Assembly: GCA_963575745.1 (NCBI GenBank)
Contig: CAUYUJ010000203.1
Location: forward strand, 186,001 to 250,000
Length of the DNA stretch: 64,000 nt
Source: Prorocentrum cordatum
Taxonomy: Eukaryota
Direction: 5' to 3'
The notes beneath the pieces are model-generated. The model was not told where the DNA came from, ran no database searches, and was given only the letters and a program-made list of their open reading frames with translations. Positions 12,856 to 25,199 of this stretch are shown here, one piece after another (the stretch's first letter is position 1; every line of letters begins with the position of its first letter). The position numbers and the translations under genes were made by a program.

Positions 12856-13369
12856 GACGTGCTCCTGTTCGTGCCCGTCACTGTCCCCCGGGAAGAAGGG
12901 AGAGGGAGGCGGCACCGGGAGGATGCTTCTTGTCCTCTCTCCTTTCTCCGCTGTTCACCCGTTTTTTCATTGATCCTTCTCTTCTTCTCTCTCTCTCTCT
13001 CTCTCCATTTCTGTTTCTCTCGCAATCCTTTAGTAGTTCTCTCTCTCTCTCTATATATATATGTATCCCCTCATCTCTCTCTCTCTCTCTCTCTTTCTTA
13101 TTCCACTGTGCGATGCGCGCGCTTGACTCGTGCGTGCATCAGTGCGTACGTATTGGTGTGATGGCTCATCCCTCGTCCTCTCTCGATGGATCTGTCGAGG
13201 AGCATTCCCATATGCGATAATTATTTCTTATTGTTTTCGTTACATGTATAGAGCTGTATGCAGCAAGTCTCGCCACCGTGCCAGCCCAGCATGTTGGGTG
13301 GCGCTTGTCCGAAGGACAGCGGGAGCCCGTCACGTGTGCCACCTCGTGTCTCGAAGCTTGGGTGATGCT

Positions 13370-13590
13370 CATGATGTTGCTGATGATGATGATGATGTTG
13401 ATGATGATGTTGGTTGTGATGATGATGCTGTAGATGATGATTATGATGATGCTGCTGATAATAATGATGACGATGACGATGACGATGATGGTGATGCTGT
13501 TTCTGATGATGGGGAGGAGCAGCAGGATGAGGATGATAAGGAGGAAGAGCAACAGGAGGAGGAGGAGAAGCAGGAGGAGTAGCAGGAAGA
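13370..13590. repeat. (GAT)n / (GGA)n simple repeats
   Basis: Directly visible. Confidence 0.9.
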
Positions 13591-14229
13591 CGAATGTCAC
13601 ATGTGTCACCATTCGCCTTTTGTGTTTGAGGAACTGTCATAGAACTCGTTTTGGCCATCTTATGGCTGCCTTGGCCTCCTGTGGGACAATCTTGGGAGGG
13701 GGGCCGGGAGCCGGCTTGGGCAGTTTGGGGGACCGTTTAGGCCGTCTTGAGCCAGGGGCTATGTTAGGCCGTCGTAGGGATCTGTTTGCACTGCCTTGGG
13801 CAGTCGAAGGCCTTGTAAGGCAGTCGTGGATCTCTCGGGAGGCCCTCTTGGTCACTCTTGGGGCAGTCTTGGATACCTTGGGCCCTTGAATGATTGCGGC
13901 GTCTTCGGGCCACGCTGGCAGTCCTCATGAGGCCCCCTTGGGCCGTCTTGAGGCCACCTTCGGCCGCCGTGGTGCCAGCTTGGCCCGTGTTCGATGCATC
14001 TTCTCTTCGCCGCCCTGACCGTGATCTTCCTCGTCACCCCTGCTTGTCCTCCTCTTCCTCCGCGCTGCCCTGCTGGTCCTCGCCCCCCTCCCTGCCCCAC
14101 GCCGTCGCTCCTTTCCTCTGTCCCCTTCCTCGTCCTCCCCTTCGTGCTCCACGTCGCCCTCGTTCGGCACCCTATTTCTCCAATCCCTCAGTATGTTGTC
14201 GTCGTTCTTCCTCTTCATCCTGTGCGTCG

Positions 14230-14393
14230 TTCCTCCTCCTCCCTCTCCTCCTCCTCCTCCTCCTCCTCCTCCTCCTCCTCCTCCTCCTCCTCCTCCTCCT
14301 CCTCCTCCTCCTCCTCCTCCTCCTCCTCCTCCTCCTCCTCCTCCTCCTCCTCCTCCTCCCTCCTCCTCCTCCTCCTCCTCCTCCTCCTCCTCC
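14230..14393. repeat. (CCT)n microsatellite abutting assembly gap
   Basis: Directly visible. Confidence 0.95.
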
Positions 14394-14493
14394 NNNNNNN
14401 NNNNNNNNNNNNNNNNNNNNNNNNNNNNNNNNNNNNNNNNNNNNNNNNNNNNNNNNNNNNNNNNNNNNNNNNNNNNNNNNNNNNNNNNNNNNN
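14394..14493. other. Assembly gap (100 N)
   Basis: Run of N. Confidence 1.
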
Positions 14494-14918
14494 CGTCGCC
14501 ACCATCGCCACCATCATCGTTACTCTCATAATCGTGTCTACCGGTGTCGGCGTCGCCATGATACCGCGCCCGCCCAAGTCACCGTTTCGCACATATGCGC
14601 CCGCTGGGAAGTGCCCAGCGGTCAGCGCCACCGCGTCCGCGTCGGTCGCGCCAATTTAGCCGGCCGCTGTGCGTGCGAGCGTGCGCGGGTCAGCGCGGCT
14701 GCAGGGATGCACCAGCCAACGCCAAGCATTCATCGCAATCGCCACCGCGTGGGATTTGCAAATCACGTTGCGGGCGGGTGGGTGGGATGTTTACAAAAGC
14801 ATGGGACTTGTCAACTCGTTTACAAAATCAGTTCTTTTTTCGAAAAAGAGAATAGACTCTACCCCCCGCCCCGGACTTAACGCTTCCCCCTGGGATAGTA
14901 TAGTTTCATATATGCGTG

Positions 14919-14950
<32 letters not shown>

Positions 14951-15539
14951 TATATTCTGCACACTCGTCCATCTTAAAAATGAAATCGTACCATCCCACC
15001 CCTGAGGTTCCCTTGTAAAAAAACTATGCGGTGACAGCGTTTGTTCTAACATGGCAGTTGTTCACGAATCCCTTGCAACAAATGAAACGAAGTGCGCACG
15101 CGCCGCTTCGTCGCGCGCGCATTCCGTAAAATCCTTCACAAAAACATTCGGTTCCGAAGGATTTCGCAATCGAGTTTCCAAAACACATACGAAGACATAA
15201 GGTTTCGCAACACAGATTTGCTAAAGAACACTTCCGCGCGAGCTCTTGCGAAATCTTGACAAAACCATGGGTTTTTCAAGATTTTCATAAAATACTACCA
15301 AACGGGCTTCGCGCGCGCGCGTGTCGAAATCTGTCGAAAGCCCTTGCGCCTGTGCCGTCGCGAGAATCCTCTGCAAGAAATGGGACGAAGTGCAGACGCG
15401 CGCGTCGGCGCGCGCGTAGCGAACACCTTCAAACACATCGTCATCAGAGGATTTCAAAGTCGTGCGTCCAAAAAACCTACAAAACCATCAGGTTTCGCAA
15501 CCGGATTATTTCACACTAGCGTGCGCGCGTCGCTCTTTG

Positions 15540-15782
15540 CGTCGTCGTCGGTCGTCGTCGTCGCCGTCCTCCCTCCCCCCGGCGTCCGTTGTCCGTCGTC
15601 GTCGTCGTCGTCGTCGCCTACTCGGCCTCTTCTGTCTTTGCTCGTGTTCGTCGTCGTCGTTCTCTTGCGTCGTGGCCCTTCCGTCGTCGTTGTCCGGGGA
15701 GAAGGGGTCGCCATTCCTCGCTCCTCGCTCGTCGTCCGTCGTCGTCCGTCGTCGTCGGTCCTCGTATTTCGTCGCCGTCGTG

Positions 15783-15825
<43 letters not shown>

Positions 15826-16188
15826 TTCCCTCCTCCCTCGTCGTTGCCGTCGTCGGCGTCGCCGTCCTTCCTCATTTTTCGTCGTTCGCGTCGTCGCCGT
15901 CCTCCCTCCTCCCTCGTCGTTGTCGTCGTTGTCGCCGTCGTCCTCCCTCTTCCTCGTTGTCTTCGTTGGCGACGTCGTCGTCGTCGTCTTCGTCGTCGGC
16001 GTCGGCGTCGTTGTCGTCTTCGTCGTCGTCGACGTCGGCGTCGTCGTCGTCGCCGCCGTCGTCGTCGTCGTCGTCGTCGGCGTCGTTGACGTCGTCGTCG
16101 TCGTCGGTGTCGTCGTTATCGTCGTCGTCGGCGTCGTCATCGTCGTCGTCGTTGTCATCGTCGTCGTCGTCGTCGGCGTCGGTGTCGT

Positions 16189-16219
<31 letters not shown>

Positions 16220-16335
16220 AGTCGTCGTTGTCGGCGTCGTCGAAGTCGTTGGAGACGTCGTCGGTGTCGTCGTAGTCGTTGTCGGCGGCGTCGTCATCGT
16301 CGCTGTCGCTGTCGTCGTCGGTGTCGCTGTTGTTG
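15540..16335. repeat. Degenerate (GTC)n microsatellite
   Basis: Directly visible. Confidence 0.95.
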
Positions 16336-18039
16336 CCAAGTGCCATGTGGTACCCACCGTCACGGTCTTAAGATATTTTGCAAACCAAGTTGCGGGTGGG
16401 TGGGTGGGATGTTTGCGCGAGCAGTGGAGTGGACAACTCCTTGCGAACAGAAGTTAATTGCACCACATAGTTTGCACCACACAGCCTGCACCACGCAGAG
16501 TGCACCACGGATATTGCAGCACATAGCCTACACCACAGATCTTGCACCACCACATAGCTTATTTATCCACGGTGCAGTATCTTATTCCCCAGACTGTTTC
16601 CTGAACGGGGTTCTGTTGTGGTAGAAGCTACTTCCGGCCGAGGAAAACGGGAGCAGCGACATCCCCAAACACAAAGTTGTGTTCTGGGCCGTTTCGCATG
16701 TGACATCCTCACATTTCTCGTTTCTGAGATGTCGTGGATTGGCTGTTTCGCTTGAGACGTCCCTCGAAAACCTGGACTCGGGGACGCCGCGCGTGAGGTG
16801 CTCCGGACCGCTTTGCCTGAGACATCCTCGAAACACTAAGCCGCGCGAGGTGGTCCAGCGCGTTTCGCTTGAGACCTCCTTGCAACCCTTCGCTCCGACA
16901 TGCCGCGCGAGAGGTCGTCCGGCGCGTTTTGCTTGAAACGCGCACCCCAGAGTCCCGGGATGTTGCGTGAGAGGTGTTGCGCAGTTCTGAGCTCCGAGAG
17001 TGAGGAGCGAGGGGCGTGGAGGCTTCAGACCCCAAGCGAACCATTTTCAGGAGAGGAAAAAACACACACAATTAATCCTCGATTCCCCAGAAAACATAGG
17101 AAAATACGGGAAGTGGGGGGGGAGACAGAAACCCAGGAAATATGGGAAAACATGGGGAATCATTTTATTTGTGTGTATCTATTTGTGTGTCCTGGGGCGC
17201 CTTCAGTCGTGGAGACGCCTCGAGCGAGAGCGCGGCGAGCAGGGAGGGGGGGCAGGATCGGGGGGAGGAGCCAGGGGAGAGGCGAGAGCGCCGAGATGCT
17301 GCGCGAGTGGTGGCACAGCTCGCTTCGAGGAGGAGGAGGAGGAGGAGGAGGAAGAGGAGGAGGAGGAGGAGGAGGAGGAGGAGGAGGAGGAGGAGGAGCC
17401 TGAGAAAGCCTTGCAATCTGGACTTCGAATTTGTGCGCAACGCGGCCTGTTTTCGCTCGAGGTATCCTCGCCATTCGGGGCTCTGGGATGCTGCGGGCGA
17501 GGTGGTCTGGCCCGTTTCGCCTGGGATCTCCTCGGACTTCTGGGCTGCAAGGCGGAGGAGAAAGGAGGGAGGTGGAATCAGACCCGAACGAATCCTTTTG
17601 TGTCACCTTTGTTGTCGAATTGTGCTCTGAGCGCCGTCTGAGACGTCTGGGCGCCGTCTGAGACGGTCTGGGTCTGGGTCTGGGCGCCGTCTGGGTCTGG
17701 GCGCCGTCTGAGCGCCGTCTGAGACGTCCTCGCAACTCTGAGCTCCCAGCTGTCGCACGCGAGGTGGTCCAGCCCGTTCCGATTCAGCGAGCACGATTCA
17801 AAAGTAACATGTAAGGGCTTACTAGGGGGAGGCATGCTGGAGCGAGAGCTTGGCTAGCAGGAAGCAGGCAGGATGGGGGAGGAAAGGGAAGAGAAAAGAG
17901 CTCCGAAATGCGGCGCGAGAGGAATAATGCATGGAAGCGGGATCAGGCTGAAGCGCTACCTGCTAGAGGGCACCCATGCTAGGGTGCTTCCTGGAAGCGA
18001 CATCGAGAGTGCGAAGCTATCCCTGGCATGGCTGAGAAC

Positions 18040-18980
18040 AAAGGGAGGAGGAAGAATAATGAGGAGGAGAAAGAGGAAGAAGAGGAGGAGCAGGAGGACC
18101 ATGACGAGCAGGAGAAATAGTAGGAGGAGGAGGAAAGGAACAGGACGGGGAAGGCGAGGAGGAGGATCATGAGAACAATAATGATGATGAGGATGATAAT
18201 GATGATGGTGATGTTGATGACCATGATGATGATGGCGGTGATGATGGCGATGATGGTGATGGCGACGTTGATGATGTTAATGATGCTGATGATGGTGCTG
18301 ATGGTGGCGGTTATACTGATGTTTTTGATCCTGGTTTGAAGTGGTGATCTTTAGTTGGAGGATGTTGATGATAAAGAGGTGGGACAGGAGGAGGAGAAGG
18401 AGAAGGAAGAGGAGGAGGAGGAATGCGATTACGAGGAGGATGAGGAGGAAGACATGGAATGCGTGGAAGAGAAGGAGGATGAGAAGGGGGAAGTGTGGGA
18501 GAAACACTGCGAACCGGAGGAGGACAAGGAACACGAGGAGGAACACGAGGAACACAAGGAGGATCAACTCCGGCAGGAGGAGGAGGAGGATGAGGATGGG
18601 GATCGGGATGAGGAGCGGAAGGAGCAGGGGGAGAAATACAGAGGAATCCGATGACGGGGTAGAGGATGTCGATGAGGAGGAAAAACTACGGCGAGCAGCA
18701 ACACCTAGAACATGATGGGGATTTCGCATGAGGAGACGAGGATTAACGATATGAGGAGATACAAAACGAGGGCGCGGAAAAGGAGGAAGAGGAGGGGGAG
18801 GAGGAGGAAGAGCTTGAGGAGGATCAGGAGGAAGAGGGAGATGGGGAGTAGGACCAGGAGGACCAGGATGAGGATGACGACGAGAAGGAAGTTAACCAGG
18901 ACGAAGAGAGAAATCTGATGAAGATGATTCTGATGATGACGACGACGATGATAATGATGATGATGAGGAGGAGAAGCGGG
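18040..18980. repeat. Degenerate (GGA)n/(GAT)n low-complexity tract
   Basis: Directly visible. Confidence 0.9.
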
Positions 18981-19324
18981 AGTTTTAGTGGAAATGAAGC
19001 GAGGGCGAGACGGAAATTGCATTGGATGCGGGGGAGGGGGGACACGACGACGATCATGTAAAGCTCAACGGCGACGCCGAAGGCGCATGCGAGTCAGAAG
19101 CGGGGACCCGCGCGAACACTCTTAGGAGCCACCTTGGCTCAAAAAGCGCTGTTGTTTGGGGTTTGGGAATATTGGACTCTGGATGTAATTTGTCGGGGTC
19201 CACGCTGTCTGACAGATGCACGGTATACGTATGTGAGCGCGATGCACGGTTGGGCGGGTTGGAGGGCGCCGCTTGCACCGGCGCCCGGGGCCACGCCGGT
19301 CCCCGCGCCGCTCCCCCCCTGCAG

Positions 19325-19384
19325 TACATGTTTCGCCGCATCATTTCTTTCTACCCCCTCCTCGTGGTGTTCAAGTTCCTCAAG
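19325..19384 (+). CDS. Polycystin-like channel, exon (S4)
   Basis: CTGCAG acceptor; YMFRRIISFYPLLVVFKFLK; AAG|GC donor at 19385. Confidence 0.8.
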
Positions 19385-20499
19385 GCTCGACCACGCGCAG
19401 AAAAAGTGGGGGGTATGGGGGAGGGGGGAAGGCTTTTCAGAAAAACACATGCTTCTCAGAAGGCGCGGTCCCTGCCGGCAACAGGCAAGGCCAGCGCCTT
19501 TTGAGAAGCAGGGGTGTTTCTAAGAAGCGAGAGGCGGGGGAGGGGCGGCGGAGCAGGAGCGCGCACTCACCAGAGAGAGAGAGGGAGAGAGAGAGAGAGA
19601 AAGAGACAACAATAACTAGAGAGAGAGAGAGAGAGAGAAAGAGCAGCAGCAGCGATGGACCTCGGGCAGCTCTCGCGACTGAGGATTACCCCGTGTGGGA
19701 GCGGAGGCCGCTGTCTCGGACGCCCCCCTCCCCCCCCCAGCGGGAGAGTCGGCGGAGGCGGGAGGCGCCGCGCGACGCCCCTGGAGATTCCCTGTGTGCT
19801 CCCGAAGGTGCTCCTGAGGGCTCTCGAAAGAGGCAGGAGCGGGGGGGGGGGAGCACAGGAGCGCAGGAGCAGGGCGAAGGAGGTTTCCGTGGCGCAGGGC
19901 TGGGAACGGGCGTGCCCGCCCGGGGCTGGAGGCGAGGTCGGTCGGTCGGGCGGAGGCTGGGACGCTCGGTCGTGCTCTGGTCGGTTGGTTGACGACGTAT
20001 GCCTTTCGACGGCCCCGTGGGGCCACAGAGCCCACGAGACGGGTAAGCTGACACAACGAATTGCCCCTCTGGCCAAAGATTGGCCTCGAAGTGCCAGGGC
20101 GCATTGCGCTTGCGCTCCTCAGCGTCTGCACGTTTCCTGCGGATACGCGCAAGCTGCTCAGGCGTAAGCTGAACAGTCGGAGGGGGAGGAGGAGGAGGAG
20201 GAGGAGGAGGAGGAGGAGGAGGAGGAGGAGGAGGAGGAGGAGGGTGGCAGCACGAGAGCCTCACCAGAGGCAGGGCCAAGGGCGGGGCGGTCCACGCCTA
20301 TCTCCCTGGTGGCCTCGTCCGCCTCGAGGTCGAATGCATCATGCGGCCAAGGATCCTCGGGAGCCTCGGACGGAAGCGCCACCGGGTCCCTCCTGGAGCC
20401 CACAGAGGCCACAAGATGGGAGGCAGGGGTGGGGGAAAAGGGAGGAGGCGGGTCGGGAGGGTCCCAACGCCACCTCTCACGATCGGGCTTACGCCTGTC

Positions 20500-21390
20500 T
20501 CCCTTCTTGTCGGCATAGTCGGGCGCTTCCCAGAACTGCTCGGTCTGTCCACGGCACAAAGAATCTCCGTATGAGAGCGTCATCAAGAATATACGCAGTG
20601 GGGTCATCAGGTGGAGTGACATCGTCGTTATTAGAATGCGCGGCAGAGACAGCATCGAACATGGCTTGTGTTAGGGCACGGCACATGGATTTTGGGTACG
20701 TCTTTTTGCTACTCGTTTTGAAGGTGCTCACCAGGGCTGTGTGCGCCCCCCCCCCATGATTACAGAAGCCCTGATTGTTAGCCTTGAGTAGGCCATGTAG
20801 CGTAGGTAGGCGAAGAGCTAAAATACGAGTGCCACCCCTCCCATGAGTCTGTGGGTCGCCTTCCTGGTGCATGCATTGGTCGAAACGGATAATACTGACC
20901 TGCGGGCAACATTCCAAAGCTAGGAGAGGAGACCACTGGAAACTATGGCGCTTGCGGTCGCCAATGGGCCTGCGGCGGGTGTTCTATCCAGCCAATTGTC
21001 TCAGCTCGAACGTGTTCTGCCAGCAATTGGGCGATAGTGACAAGCAACAGGTTGCCCACACGTAGTTGCTCCTGCTGCGCGTCGGTACACCAGGGGACAC
21101 CCCACATATACTGGTGTGTACGTAGCGGTGGGGAGCCCCCTGGATTCCATCTCGCTGCGCTCCACGTCTCACAAGGGGGACCTCACCCCGTGACCCGATC
21201 CTGTGCTGTCCGACATAGGTGGTCCATTCATCGATCGTGGCCTTTCCGGTGAGATCCCCCATCACGACATGTATAGCCATGTCCAGCGATAGTTCAGTGA
21301 TCACGATGTCCGCTGAGGCCTGCATATCTGACAGAAACCATTGGATGTCCCCTTCGCGGCGTCTGTCGCAGAAGAGATTCCATATGAACT
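20500..21390 (-). pseudogene. C5 cytosine methyltransferase domain of the LINE (frameshifted)
   Basis: FIWNLFCDRRREGDIQ (motif I-like, ~21390-21343), LSLDMAI..GDL (II/III), GPPCETWSAAR (catalytic PC, 21182-21150), QLRVGNLL, WIEHP (VI, EHP at 20984-20976), FDQC (VIII), FKTSSKKTYPKSMCRAL (X-like). Confidence 0.85.
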
Positions 21391-21779
21391 TTCAGGGCGC
21401 ATGATGCGATAGGGCAATGCCTCCGTCGCGATACCTTCGTAGTCGTTAAACCTGAAAATGTAGTATCTGTCAGCATATTGTACCTGTGGTAGTGGGTCCC
21501 CTTGGTGTGCCTCGCTGGAGTCCTGCCAGGCCCGCTGGAGAGTAGGAAGTGCCTCTTGAGGGATCTTGCAGTGGGTCTCTTGAAGAACCTGCCGGGCCTC
21601 TTCCGCCGAGAAATGCGAGAAAACCCAAGCGGCCTCCCAGATGAGCCCACTGGTTCCTGTGGTAGCTGGGTAAGCAGATCTCCGTCTGCCTAGTCCTTCT
21701 CTCCTTCTCTTGGCGCAATGGCTGCGATCTTCATCAGCTGCTTGTGCTGCTGCCTCAGGTGACAGTTGAGGGCCATGGC

Positions 21780-22000
21780 ACATGTGAGACAGGCAGCACC
21801 TCGCTGAGTCATATGCTAGATGATCTCTGAGCTGCCGGCGTGACGCGAAATTCGTACTGCGTGCCCTGCACTCCGTTCCCTCACCCATGAAGCGCTCCAC
21901 CTGAGCAACCAATCTGAAATGGTTCTGAACCACATGCAGTCGGAGATCCTTGGGTCTGTCGAACTGAGCTGAGCACCACGGACAGACAAGTGGGGCCACT
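21780..22000 (-). pseudogene. C2H2 zinc fingers of LINE ORF2
   Basis: CPWCSAQFDRPKDLRLHVVQNH and degenerate CRARSTNFASRRQLRDHL in ORF 21301..22278. Confidence 0.8.
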
Positions 22001-22324
22001 TCGGCGGCCTGCGCTCGGCGAAGGCGGTAGTCAGAATGTGTGATGGGTAGCGGGAAGCCGCAAGGCTGCGCAGTGTTGAAACATGCCTTTTCTGCTCCTT
22101 CTGCCAGAGTTGCGTTGGTGGCCGCGCGCGCGGCGCCCGCCGCTGCCCCCTTGAGAAGGCGCTCCCAGGCCGGCAATGCCTGCAGCACTCGGCGCTCCCC
22201 TGGACAACACTCTTCCAGAGGAGCGGGCAGCTCACGCAGCTGGCTGCGGACGCCTCGGAGCCGGACCAGATCATCCACAGTGTGGTGTAACCAGGAGGTT
22301 TTCCGTCCAGATCCAGATTAGGCT

Positions 22325-22707
22325 CCGCCTCCTCCTCCTCCTCCTCCTCCTCCTCCTCCCCCTCCTCCTTCCTCCTCCTCCTCTCCTCCTTCTCCTCCTC
22401 CTCCTCCTCCTCTCTCCCCCTCCTCCTCCTCCTCCCCTCCTCCTCCTCCTCCTCCTCCTCCTCCTCCTCCTCCCCTCCTCCTCCTCCTCCTCCTCCTCCT
22501 CCTCCTCCTCCTCCTCCTCCTCCTCCTCCTCCTCCTCCTCCTCCTCCTCCTCCCCCTCCCCCTCTTCGCTCGAGCAGCTACTCAAATGACTGAGGCCCGC
22601 CCTGGATGGCAGGCGACGCTCCTCCGCCACGGCCGCGGGGGGCACCGTTCTCGCGAGCCGAGCGAGCACCGGCCACACCTCGGGCAGATTGCCCTGCTAC
22701 GTGTGAG
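22325..22707 (-). mobile_element. Short nested retro-insertion with (GGA)n tail and 15-bp TSD
   Basis: Flanked by GATCCAGATTAGGCT (22310-22324) and GATCCAGATGAGGCT (22708-22722). About 140 nt unique sequence plus about 240 nt (GGA)n on the minus strand. Confidence 0.8.
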
Positions 22708-23099
22708 GATCCAGATGAGGCTTTTCACCGTGTCCGAACCGAAGTGCCAAACACGTCCCAGGAGTCGCAGTCTGCGGATTCGGAGCTGCTCGCTGAGGTC
22801 GGATCTCTAAAGTGCTGCAAGCATTGCCTTGTCCGCCGTGGCTGTGTCGTCACACTGATGCATGCCACGCGCAGCGCGGTACCTCCTAAGCATAATGTGT
22901 CGCAGCTGGTTGAATGCCTCGGATTCGATGTTACACCATGTGCCCGAGTCGAAGAGGAGCGAGGAGGAGAGCAGCGAGTCAACGAAACGCATATTCATGA
23001 TGAGGGCCTCGGGGCTCTGGTGAACAGCTTTGGAAGCCTTCCTTCCCAAGACTTGCGAGGCATGTGCAGTGCCCGCAATGCGATGGGCCACCTCGGGCC

Positions 23100-24260
23100 C
23101 TAAGCTACACCTTTCATCCAAGACCAGATGAGGATATTGACGCACCGCCCCAAGGCGCATAGGACCCATAGCGTCGCCGTGCCACTCGAAAGTTCCGTGT
23201 AGCTGCTTTCATAGCCGAATCCGTGCTGCTCGTGCGTGCTTGCCATGCAACTGAATGAGCAGTTCCGTCTTCCCCGCCTTAAACTTAAGCGCTGGGCCTC
23301 TGGATGCAACAGTTGCTGCGACAATGCTTGCCACCTGAGGCGCAAGCTCGATCTGCTGGAGCGGGTCGCCTACCGCGGCAAAGGCGCCGTCGTCAAAGAA
23401 AAGGGCATCTGAGTTTGGCTGCGTAGCCGCTGGCTCGTGCCCCCTCATCTGGGCGATGGATGCTCCTGGCACTGTCGGAGCCTGGAGAGCTAAGCTGCGG
23501 TGCTGGAGTTGGTCCTTGGCATGCTGCATGCATTCAGCCATGATGGCGTTGAAAGTGGCATGCCCCAGCTGCTATCCAGGGGCCGTCCCAATCATAGATT
23601 AGGCCACCAGAGAGGATCCAGGGTAATGGAACCAGGACCCATAGTAGGAGGAGGCCACTAGGGCCCTTAGGTGAGGACCAACTCGAGTTGTTTCCACACT
23701 GGTAGTGTGCGTCTTCAAACGTTCAAGCAGTCGGTGCATGGCGTTGGGCGGCAGCCTTGTGGCCCTCCAAGGCGCTGCCAAATCATTCCAGTGTGTGTCC
23801 TGATCTCATCGCCAGCTGTCGGACAGACTCGTAAAAAAGCCTGGACCACATCCATGAGAAGGTACATGATTGAGGTGTTACACAGCTCTGCTAGATTCTG
23901 GTATGCCCTGAGCGCCAGACCAGCGAGGTCAACCCCTCGACCAGCGGTGCCTCCGGACTGCGAGTCCCCAGCGTATCCAGGAAGGGCCCCAGCGAGCGGC
24001 GTGCGGACCAGGGACCTGTATTTCTGTCCGATTTGGGGGGGGGCCATGACGGCTCTGGCGTGAATAGGCCGAGACGGATCTCCAGGTCTCTTCCATATTT
24101 GCCAGTCGGATCCCCCTTTCCATTCTTGTGGTTCCTGCAATCGCATGGTGGCCTTCGCAACCGCACGAAACTGCAGCTCTGCAAGCTCGGGGCCGAATGC
24201 TGCCAGCAATCGTCTCGTGATGCCGTCTAAGCTCGCGGCACTAGGGCGGGCGTTTGCGCG
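23100..24260 (-). pseudogene. Non-LTR reverse transcriptase domain (disrupted)
   Basis: AASLDGI..EPQEWKGG..IWKRPGDP..SQSGG..LLMDVVQAF; GTAPG*QLGHATFN; LFFDDGAF (YxDD position); LKFKAGKTE; YPHL. Confidence 0.9.
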
Positions 24261-25199
24261 CGCAGTCTGAAAACCTGGCGAGTGCTGGGAGGAAGACGTC
24301 TTCCTGTAGGCTGCGATCAATCTACGCCTCCAGCGGTGGTAGTATGTCGAGAATGGTCTGCGCATGTTGTATGGGTACGATTGCTGAGCACTCCTGCCTT
24401 CCGCAATGAGATAGCCATATGTTGGCAGCTTGCGTGTGTGTAGCTGCGGGTGCTCCGCCCTCACCGCTGACAACCGGCAGAGCTTGCACAACGAGCTCTT
24501 TCTTGGACCCATCTCCCAGCCGTCGGAGTGTGGCGAAAGCCTTGACCATTGCATGTTTGTCCCACTCCGACTGCAGTTGGTCGGCCAGGCTGTGATAGTG
24601 TTTGAGCGCGTTTTGCCTAGAGAGGCACTTGACCACGTCAGCGTTGCGTACTTTGTAAAGCCCCCGCATAGCAGCAGTGTTTCTCTCGGCCCCGGCAAGA
24701 AAGCCCCAGATACCCCTGAGCAAGGCGGCCGTAGTAGTACCCTTCGCATGGAAATTGGTGGGATCCATCGCAACGAAGAGGCTGCATGTGCTAGCCTGAG
24801 CCACTTCGCGCGCTTGCGCTTGATTGGCTTAGCTGTTTGTAGTTTGGCAGATGTGTCTAGGGCAGTGCGCAGAGACTTGCATAGCCCGTTGAACACTCCG
24901 ATGCCTCTCTGCCAAGCTTCTATCGCTGAATCGGGCGTCGAGGTAGCGTGGGAAGAGGCCGTCCACAGAGGTGGAGGCCCACTAGCCTGGCATGAAGAGT
25001 GAGCTGTGCCCACGCAAAAAAATAGTCATGCACACGTAGCCGTCGAGACCACCCCTCGGACTTGTCCCTCTTGGCGAAGGGCACGGGTACGCTGGTCGAT
25101 TGCTGTCATAGTATCCTGCTGTATCCATCCCTGTCGTGGTTGGGTCCCCCTGTCGCTCTGTTGAACCGGGAAGGCGATAGCCAAGCATTTGCGGGCATG

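Noticed and set aside
19127..19142. SL-like AGCCACCTTGGCTCAA
   Set aside because: 14/16 match to the SL 3' part only; possibly an old relict but too weak to call.
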